Shown one piece after another: positions 43,321 through 51,517 of a DNA stretch of 53,563 bases (within the stretch, counting starts at the first letter, position 1; each line of letters starts with the position of its first letter). The notes beneath the pieces were generated by a model. It saw only the letters and a program-made list of their open reading frames with translations, did not search any database and had not been told where the DNA came from. Both the position numbers and the translations under genes were made by a program. The DNA comes from Trichomonas gallinae. Its lineage: Eukaryota. The DNA is taken from contig MRSU01011077.1 in assembly GCA_008369845.1 (NCBI GenBank), positions 1-53,563 of the forward strand, written 5' to 3'.

Positions 43321-43566
43321 TTATAAATTAATTGGCTTGTATGGCATTGTCTTCTTAGTTCCGATGTAGTTGTATATTTTTGAACGCGTGAGTTGTTCTG
43401 GTTCTTGACGAGTCAAAGATTCGTATAAAAGATCAGAAGGATCAGTCATAAGACCAACTAATCTCTCGCATGTTTCAATAGTAGTTTCATCCTTTTTAGA
43501 CATGTCACATCTTTCTATTTTTTGGCCCTCTGGTATCTCAAGCTGAATAATACGCGAAGTTGTCAT
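43321..43566 (-). CDS. Small hypothetical protein (81 aa)
   Basis: Protein-like composition; the ATG is directly preceded by an AAAAGTG(A/T)C array. Confidence 0.65.
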   Translation of the reverse strand: MTTSRIIQLEIPEGQKIERCDMSKKDETTIETCERLVGLMTDPSDLLYESLTRQEPEQLTRSKIYNYIGTKKTMPYKPINL

Positions 43567-43984
43567 GAAATGTCACTTTTTAATCACTTTTGGCGACACT
43601 TTTATAAAGTCACTTTTCATCGACACTTTTATTATAATAAAGTATTTAATATTAAAAAAATAATAATAACTCTTTATTAGGCACAGTTACAATCTCATGA
43701 CTATTATATTCATCTGCAATATATGTTTTATGTTAAAGTTACGCTTTGCAAAAGTAAACAATTTGATTTATTAAGATAATTCATTCTCGAATTTGTCCAA
43801 ATTTGTATATTTATTATATAGATATCATATATCTTATAGATCTTATGGAGTAAAATTATTTATTATAATGTGAGCATGCATTGTCTAACAAGATATTGAT
43901 TTATAAAAGGCCAAAAAATCTGACATATTTTTCTTATTTGTCACTTTTATCAAAGTCACTTTTCTTTGACACTTTTGCATATTA

Positions 43985-44413
43985 ATGCAACCTTTGAAAC
44001 AAGAACCTTTCTACCATGCATGCAGAGAAATAATACAGCTATTGATGGCCCAGGAGAATGCATACTTTTTCTTTAAGCCAGTTGATCCAGAAAACGATGG
44101 CGCCCCAGATTATTTCCAATTCGTTACAGAGCCAATGAGCTTCTATAAAATTCAGACAAAGTTAGACAACCATGACTATAAAACACCAAATGAATTCATT
44201 CGCGACATGAATTTGATTTGGACAAATGCGAAACTTTACAACAAAAACGTTTCTCCTATTTTCAAAACAGCAGAAGCACTCTCTAAGAAATTTAATATTC
44301 TTGTTGGCTCGATTCCTCACGTTTTAACAGACGCAGAAAAGAACAACAACATCCAAAGATTAGTAGAGCTCAGATTTGCAAGATACAGAGCGAACAAGAC
44401 TACACATCAATAA
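43985..44413 (+). CDS. Stand-alone bromodomain protein
   Basis: FFKPVDPENDGAPDYFQFVTEPMSF...Y....FIRDMNLIWTNAKLYN; the conserved Tyr and Asn are intact. Confidence 0.95.
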   Translation: MQPLKQEPFYHACREIIQLLMAQENAYFFFKPVDPENDGAPDYFQFVTEPMSFYKIQTKLDNHDYKTPNEFIRDMNLIWTNAKLYNKNVSPIFKTAEALSKKFNILVGSIPHVLTDAEKNNNIQRLVELRFARYRANKTTHQ

Positions 44414-44680
44414 GTTCATGTTTAGAATCATAAAAATTGTTAAAATATATATTCGAATTTAATTTCACAAAATTAATCCTTTTTAAACATATGTTTGACC
44501 TATCTATCCACCAAATATTACCATAAAACTATCAAAATATATTGATTATATATAACATATAGGCTTTTATAATAATATTAGTATAGTATTTTATACATAA
44601 GAATATCATTAAATCCATGCTCAAAGAAATTCATATAATGACTCACCTTATGAGCATCGCACTAAAGATTTTATAAAATC

Positions 44681-44864
44681 AAAGGTAGTCCGGCAGATTT
44701 TTTAAAATTGTCAAAAATGGCCTCTGCTTATAAAACGTGTCAGGTTCGAACCTGACACCGGGATTTTTTTGATGGGAATCTAGCATTTTAATGGTCACTA
44801 TGTGCTCATTCGATATTATTAATTTACAGAATTTTTAGTTGTATTTTTCTACCGGACAACCTTT
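44681..44864. mobile_element. Non-autonomous DNA transposon (MITE-like), 184 bp
   Basis: 17-bp TIRs: AAAGGTAGTCCGGCAGA (44681-44697) and TCTACCGGACAACCTTT (44848-44864), 15/17 matching. Flanking direct repeat ATAAAATC at 44673-44680 and 44865-44872. No ORF. Confidence 0.8.
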
Positions 44865-45139
44865 ATAAAATCCATATAACATGTCAGATTATATTTTACG
44901 TGTCAGAATATTAAAAGTACATATATCACCGTTGTAAAAAAATATTTTACATTACTTGTCTGAGAGATAAAAGTGACAACTTATTAAAGCTTTACATTTA
45001 TTATTTTTTAAAAAACTATATCATCTTGCCTGAAATTTGTTTTACATGTAAGATTATTAAAAGTAACAAAATACTTTCTGAGGAAAACGATTATTTTGAA
45101 CTATCGTCTTGCCAAAAAAGATTTTTCGAAAAGTGACAA

Positions 45140-45823
45140 ATGAAGCACTCGTTTGGAGAATTGTATGGTGTTCCTCTTGAAAACACTGAGATCACCATAT
45201 ACAATCTTAATATTGACACATCAGTGAACCAGAAAATTGTCATGTTTTCAGACTGTCACATACAAAAAAAGATAGATTTATTTATACAAGAATTTAATAA
45301 TCTAGTTGAGAAAGAAAAACCAACACATATATTTGTATTAGGTGATTTAGTAAATGGATGTTTGCCAGATGGACCAGCAATCCTTGAAAATTTGATAAAA
45401 GAATTTCAAAAGTGTCCTATTCCTGTTCATATCATTGGTGGTAACCATGATAGAGTATATCTAGATTTCGCCAAATCTGTCCCTGGTGTTACCGTAGTGA
45501 AAGATATCGTTATGCTGTTAGAAGTACCGCAAGAAGATATCTCACACCCTCTTCGTATATATTTTGGCCATGACTTATTAAATAATTATAGAGTACGAGA
45601 TAAATACGCTCTAAGTTTCTTCGAATGGATTAAAACGGGCGTGAAAAAGATTCAGAATGAAGATTGGCTGATATGTGGGCATGCACATACTAGCTTATTA
45701 TCTAGAGACGTTCGTTGCGCTTGCATTGGTCAATATTCTCCTGAAAATAATTCACGATGTTATTCTATTCTAGAAATTACAGATAGGAAGGTAAAGTTAA
45801 CCGAAAAAGTAATTGTTAAATAA
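45140..45823 (+). CDS. Calcineurin-like metallophosphoesterase
   Basis: SDCH, LGDLVN, GGNHD, GH and GHAH motifs in order; AAAGTGAC at 45130-45137. Confidence 0.9.
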   Translation: MKHSFGELYGVPLENTEITIYNLNIDTSVNQKIVMFSDCHIQKKIDLFIQEFNNLVEKEKPTHIFVLGDLVNGCLPDGPAILENLIKEFQKCPIPVHIIGGNHDRVYLDFAKSVPGVTVVKDIVMLLEVPQEDISHPLRIYFGHDLLNNYRVRDKYALSFFEWIKTGVKKIQNEDWLICGHAHTSLLSRDVRCACIGQYSPENNSRCYSILEITDRKVKLTEKVIVK

Positions 45824-46689
45824 TTATCATGAATGTTTATTTGTTATTATCAAAATTATTAAATTTATCATGCTTTTTAAAGTTTTGTATTCAATTATTT
45901 GTTTCCAAATAACATAAGAAAGCAAATATCAGATAGCAATAGTTAATAAAATTGAATAAGAAATCAGAAAATAAAAATTGAGAATTGTTTCAGATCATTA
46001 GGGAATAAGAAAAATTCTTATCATATGTAGTGGAAATCTAATATATACGTAAAAACAAGAATTAAAATACAAAACTCAATTTCAAATTTTGAATCGGTTT
46101 TGGATGATTTGGTCTTATCAATAGACTATGCTTTAATTTTTGAGAAGATACAATTGGTTATGAGATATTTTCTACAAAATATAATTTGAATGTGAATTAA
46201 AACATTTGAAGCTGGAATATTTGTGATGTTATTTAACGACTAATAATTCTTATTGAAATTTACGCTCATATCCTAAGGAAAGCTCCGTCTATTCGCGTAC
46301 TTAAATATTAAAAATAATAATAGTAATATATAATGAATAGGTATCCAAAGTTATGAGGGAAAATAAGAAGGTGCTTATTCATACCCACAAACCAATTTGA
46401 ATTATTAATATAATTATATTCAAGAGTAAAACAAAAATTCATACCATAGCCTATATGGATCCACATAGGATACCCATGAGCTACGCTCTGACTGGCTGAT
46501 ATGTAGCACTTATTCAAATTTTGTAAACCATTTTTGGCTTGTAAATAATTTATAGACGATTTCTGACAAATAAATATAAAAATTGCCTTGTAGAGTATTT
46601 ACATCCACTTTCTGACATGTAAAATATTAAATTTTGCGAAAATCAAATTTACAAAATTATAATTATCAAAAAAATTAGTTATTGAGCAC

Positions 46690-49374
46690 ATGCGGTGTCG
46701 TTTGGGTGAGTTTGAATTCAAATCACGCTATTTTACACCTCGCTGCAAGTCATATGACTCGTACATCGCTACATCAAAAGTTAACGGCGGAGATTATTTA
46801 ATGACGAAGTATAATTTGGCCTATATCAATGCGCCAAAGCAAATTGTTGCCGACAGAATCATTTTCCTTATCGATAACTACAAAATGTTCAGATGTGAAT
46901 CCGTTTTCTTCCAAACGCCGATTCCATCTACTTCAATTATTGTTCCTGAAAACATTGGAACGAAATTACTCTATTTTTACGTTGCAGAACCACTTCCTAT
47001 TGTTACATTAAGTGATTATGTGCTTGAAAATGGAATAGATCAACAGTTTTTGAAACAATATTTTCCAAATTTGTTAAATACGTTATCATCACTTCACTCA
47101 GTTAAATTTCCATATCTTGCATTGTCACCACTCACAGTTACTATTGATGAGAAGCTCTGGCTTCGTCCACCGCCATTAAATCCATATGCATCTCCAAAAT
47201 CGCTAATGCCGCCTTCTCCACATACCAAGAATTCGAAATACGCAGGATTCGACAATCTACGCTTCTACAGAGCTCCAGAGTGGAAATCTGTTCCTCCATT
47301 TTGGCAAACAGATTGTTGGGCCCTTGGATGCATGCTGGCTGAGTATCTGATATACGGTCATCCAATCTTCATGTCAGCATCAGACACAGACCAAATGCTC
47401 ATCACACAAACGATTCTCGGCCCGGCTCCATCGAAGTTAAACTGGCCTATAACGAAAGAAGCAAATGTTGCAGATCTTCCACCTATTTTGATGCGTCTGC
47501 TGGACTACGAACCACGTGTTCGCCCTCCTATGTGCCTACACATTGCAATTCAGATAATGATGCTGATTAACGGCGAAGAGAGCGAAAAAAGCACTGAGTA
47601 TAGCGAGCACGATCTCCAGACATATACATACAGTTATTCATACTCAGAAATTCCTGAGAAAGAAGCTAAACCAAAGGTGAAATCAATTCAGCAGTTCATC
47701 AGCGCCCCTCCAGTTTTCGAGCATCCGCAAAAAACCGATGTGATTCTCGACGACAAAGGAGTTGGTTCATCAGCAGTTGAACCAGCAGTCCATGAAATTA
47801 ATTTCCATGATTCTCCAAATTGGGAAATTGACATTCCAGAGATCATCCCCGCAAAGAAGTCACTCGTTAACAATCCGATCTTCGAGAGTCCACCACCGCC
47901 AAAGAAATCATCACCAGAATCAGTCAGATCTAAAAAATCGTCACCTGAATCAGGCAAATCAACACCAGATTCAAAGCCGATAAAAGAAAAATCTTCTTCA
48001 TCTCCGAGAACCCCGCCTGCTAAAGAAAAATCATCTTCACCTAAAGCAAGTCCAGAATATTCGAAGTCTTCTTCTCCAAAATCTATTCCAGAACCAGCTA
48101 AAGAGAAATCATCATCACCAAAATCGCTGGCGAGTGATTTAAGAGTTAAAAAAGTGAAAGTCAGCAAACCTGAAGAGGAGGAAGAAGAGGAGCCAAAGCT
48201 TCCTGTTACTACTACGAATATATCAACAATGAAGCTTCCATATGAGTCACCAATTTCGTCTGGAATCCCTTACAGTTATGTTTACAGCTCCAGTTATACT
48301 CCTCCTGTCAAGGGAAAGTCGTCTGCATATTCGTCACCACAACAGCCGCAGCCAGATGAAGCAAGCTATGCTTACTCGTCACCAAAGATCAGCGACAAGT
48401 ACTCTTCATATAATACAGGAGAAGACAAACAGCCTTCCTCACCTAGGCAGTCGTCATCGCCTAAACAATCATCGTCACCGAGAACCTATTCTTATCCAAG
48501 ATATGATTCTTATCCAGCGAAATCTGACTACTCGGAGAAGCAGCAAGATTACTCAGAAAGAGTCTATTCTTCATACTCTGTTCCAGTTGAACAGCCAGTC
48601 CAGAAGAAGCAGAAGCCGCCGCCAGTTGATACAACGTCAGAGGATCAGGCGAAATCAATCGGAAGAAAGCACTTCACTTCTCCTGAAGCTTCCAAATCAC
48701 AATATAGCTCATACAAATATTCATCTGAGAGACTCACAACAGAACCGCGCAGGTCAGCACTCAAGAGAGATGAGCAGTATTCATCATCTTATTCAGAGAA
48801 TGAAGAAAGAATTCAAAGAATTAAAACATTCTCTGAAAACAAACCATCTTCTGAGCCAAGGACATTCTCTTCATACACACCATCCTACATGAGCGAAAAG
48901 GACCTCATTGAGCCTATTGTTGGCTCATTCTCACATCACGCAACAGTTGGCCACTCAAGAAGAAGTTATTCGAGCGGAGATTCATACAGCGAACACCGCC
49001 GCATTTACAGCGACAGCAACAATAACAATCGCTCGTACAGTGTCAGCGTGTACAGCAGCAGCAACAGCAGCAGCAATGCAATGATGGAGTTGGAGAGAAG
49101 AGTCAGAGAAATCGAAAACTCGTTCAACAAAAGTCAGAAAGAGATAAGAAGACTTGCCGAAACTGTTTCTAGCTCACAGTACAGCGATGACTCATTCATC
49201 GATGTTCAGATGCAGATTAGAAGGCTCCAGGGACAGCTTAGAGATATAGACAACGAATTCCTTGCCGGCTGCGTTGGCTGTGATGCTGGAAATGCTGTCA
49301 GAAAGGGAATTTCAAAGCTAGAAGCTGATTTGAGAGATATTAGGAGCTCGCTTTCAAGCTCACAATATTCATGA
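46690..49374 (+). CDS. Pseudokinase (CMGC-like C-lobe) with a long S/P/Y-rich region and a C-terminal coiled coil
   Basis: FYRAPE, TDCWALGCMLAE, PIF, LLDYEPRVRP are retained; the Gly-rich loop, HRD and DFG are absent. Confidence 0.8.
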   Translation: MRCRLGEFEFKSRYFTPRCKSYDSYIATSKVNGGDYLMTKYNLAYINAPKQIVADRIIFLIDNYKMFRCESVFFQTPIPSTSIIVPENIGTKLLYFYVAEPLPIVTLSDYVLENGIDQQFLKQYFPNLLNTLSSLHSVKFPYLALSPLTVTIDEKLWLRPPPLNPYASPKSLMPPSPHTKNSKYAGFDNLRFYRAPEWKSVPPFWQTDCWALGCMLAEYLIYGHPIFMSASDTDQMLITQTILGPAPSKLNWPITKEANVADLPPILMRLLDYEPRVRPPMCLHIAIQIMMLINGEESEKSTEYSEHDLQTYTYSYSYSEIPEKEAKPKVKSIQQFISAPPVFEHPQKTDVILDDKGVGSSAVEPAVHEINFHDSPNWEIDIPEIIPAKKSLVNNPIFESPPPPKKSSPESVRSKKSSPESGKSTPDSKPIKEKSSSSPRTPPAKEKSSSPKASPEYSKSSSPKSIPEPAKEKSSSPKSLASDLRVKKVKVSKPEEEEEEEPKLPVTTTNISTMKLPYESPISSGIPYSYVYSSSYTPPVKGKSSAYSSPQQPQPDEASYAYSSPKISDKYSSYNTGEDKQPSSPRQSSSPKQSSSPRTYSYPRYDSYPAKSDYSEKQQDYSERVYSSYSVPVEQPVQKKQKPPPVDTTSEDQAKSIGRKHFTSPEASKSQYSSYKYSSERLTTEPRRSALKRDEQYSSSYSENEERIQRIKTFSENKPSSEPRTFSSYTPSYMSEKDLIEPIVGSFSHHATVGHSRRSYSSGDSYSEHRRIYSDSNNNNRSYSVSVYSSSNSSSNAMMELERRVREIENSFNKSQKEIRRLAETVSSSQYSDDSFIDVQMQIRRLQGQLRDIDNEFLAGCVGCDAGNAVRKGISKLEADLRDIRSSLSSSQYS

Positions 49375-49848
49375 ATATTAAAATTATTTGTTTATTTATA
49401 AATCATCAAACTTCATATTTCATGTAATTCTTTATTAGAAGAACAATTTAGCTTTCGAAGATTTGAAAGAGAGAGAAAAAATCATCACCAAAACTTCTCT
49501 ATGAACCTCTTAAATATCATTAGGATATAACATATTGCATTGGTAAATATTATAGCAGAATGTTAGCACAAACTCTATGTGAGCATATTTGATGTAGTAT
49601 TTTAAATTAAAGCCCATCAAAATGAGATTAGAACTAAGTAAAAGAGATCTTCAAAAATTTATCAGATTTAAAATTTACGTGACAGAACCAAAAATTCCAT
49701 GTCACTTTTATAGTATTTTGCCAATAAATCTATTTACATGTCAGAATGTCTAAAATCTTTGTCACTTTTCCAGTACACAACAATGAATATTGCAGAAATA
49801 TGATAACTAATAGATTTTGCATATATTGTCTTCCAAAAAAGTGACAAA

Positions 49849-50499
49849 ATGAATAGCAGTAAGTGGAAATCTCCATTTCAGCGTAAAAAGCGAGAACGTC
49901 AGCAACCAGCTGCGCGTGCTCACTTAGGTATCCTTGAGAAAAAGAAAGATTACATTGAACGCGCTAAAATTTATCATAAACACGAGAAAGAAATTGACAA
50001 TTTAAGACGCGAAGCAGAATTAAGGAATCCAAACGAATTTTACTACTCAATGATTGGAGATATGAAAGAAAAACCAATGGAATATAAATCAAAACCACGC
50101 GAAGATTTTACAAAAGAACAAAGATTACTTTTAGAGACACGTGATATTAACTACATTGTATCTAAGATGCAGACACAGAAAAATAAATTAGAAAAACTCA
50201 GAAATAGACTCCCAGTTAAAGCAACTGGAACAACAAAAATTTATAGTTCAGTCGAGGAAGCAATTGCAGCAACAAAAGGTCAACAGATTCAAGAGAATTT
50301 CGAAGAAGAGGAAGATCGTGCTGATGTTAAGCAATTGAAGGAAGAAATTGAACAGCGCGAATTTATCCTTCAAAAATTACAAGAAGTTTATGATGAAATG
50401 AAGTTACAGAAAGAAATCAAAAATGATGATCAGTATGATACAGTTGAAGATGAAGATGGAAATATCCATCATGTTTGGAAGCCAATCAGAAAGCGGTAA
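49849..50499 (+). CDS. UTP11: U3 snoRNA-associated protein 11 (SSU processome)
   Basis: RERQQPAARAHLGILEKKKDYIERA, RNPNEFYYSM and C-terminal WKPIRKR; AAAGTGAC at 49838-49845. Confidence 0.95.
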   Translation: MNSSKWKSPFQRKKRERQQPAARAHLGILEKKKDYIERAKIYHKHEKEIDNLRREAELRNPNEFYYSMIGDMKEKPMEYKSKPREDFTKEQRLLLETRDINYIVSKMQTQKNKLEKLRNRLPVKATGTTKIYSSVEEAIAATKGQQIQENFEEEEDRADVKQLKEEIEQREFILQKLQEVYDEMKLQKEIKNDDQYDTVEDEDGNIHHVWKPIRKR

Positions 50500-50724
50500 A
50501 ATTACTCGTATTGGCACAAAAAGCATGTGACATATAAATACTGGTAATAAATAGAATAAATAGAGATTTTATTATTAGCGAATCAGTCATTTTTTCCAAA
50601 ATAATGATGTCATCATTACTTATAATGATTGTTAAATTGATTAATTTAATATGATGATAATGTTCAATATTTAGTCATGTAAATTATTTATTTGTCAGAT
50701 ATTAATTTACATGACAGATTCAAA

Positions 50725-51120
50725 ATGACAACGAGAGAATCATATGGAATTTCTAAAGTTTTAATTGACAACTTGCTTCCATTGTTGGCGACAAATCCAT
50801 CGGAAGCAATGAAATATTTTGCTATTGATGCAAAATTGCTATTCTCTCAGTCAAATGAAACAGATATTCAGCCAATTATAGGAAAACACTCGATATATGA
50901 TTTTCTTCAGACATTACCATTATTTAGAACAGAAGTTACATCATATGATACACATTCTATTACAGGATATCCACCAATCACAGTTTCGGTTATCACAGGT
51001 CGCATATTTTTCGGTCCATCCACATCAATGAGGATGCACCTAACATTTCACGTTGAAGAAAGGAATGGAGGCCGCTCAGCACTGATCCGCGTTATGTCTT
51101 TCAAAATATTCGAGAATTAA
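50725..51120 (+). CDS. NTF2-fold protein, NXT1/p15-like
   Basis: YFAIDAKLLF...PIIGKHSIYDFLQTLP...VTSYDTH...VITGRIFF resembles NXT1. First in-frame ATG at 50725. Confidence 0.7.
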   Translation: MTTRESYGISKVLIDNLLPLLATNPSEAMKYFAIDAKLLFSQSNETDIQPIIGKHSIYDFLQTLPLFRTEVTSYDTHSITGYPPITVSVITGRIFFGPSTSMRMHLTFHVEERNGGRSALIRVMSFKIFEN

Positions 51121-51517
51121 CATACTACTTTCAACGCCATTTGTTTATACTTGTTATGAATATATCATAAATACACTGTTAACTTAATAATTCACCATAT
51201 CTATATTTTTGATATTTTAAACCGAATTTTTAATCTATCAAGCAATAAATGATATGAAATATAAAAGCATAGCAATCATTTGAATAGCTTTTTCATATTA
51301 TATTACATATATTTTGAAAAATGCACTTTATCAAGAATTAGTAATGTGGAATAGCTGTTATCGATCGATTATTAGCTGATTTTTTTAAAAAACAAAATCA
51401 AATAAAAATGATATTATTTTTCTGATTTTAATTTAAAGTCTTTTTGGAATTTAATAAATAGAAAATCATTAGTTGAAGACAAATAATATATTTTATTATA
51501 GAAATTAAACATATCTA

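Noticed and set aside
44715..44770. Second tRNA gene around GGTTCGAACC
   Set aside because: No acceptor stem, D arm or anticodon arm; treated as a palindrome within the MITE.
6819..51120. Nuclear-transport gene cluster (importin-beta-like, ARM protein, two NTF2 folds)
   Set aside because: Genes are scattered among unrelated ones and belong to multi-member folds; chance is sufficient.
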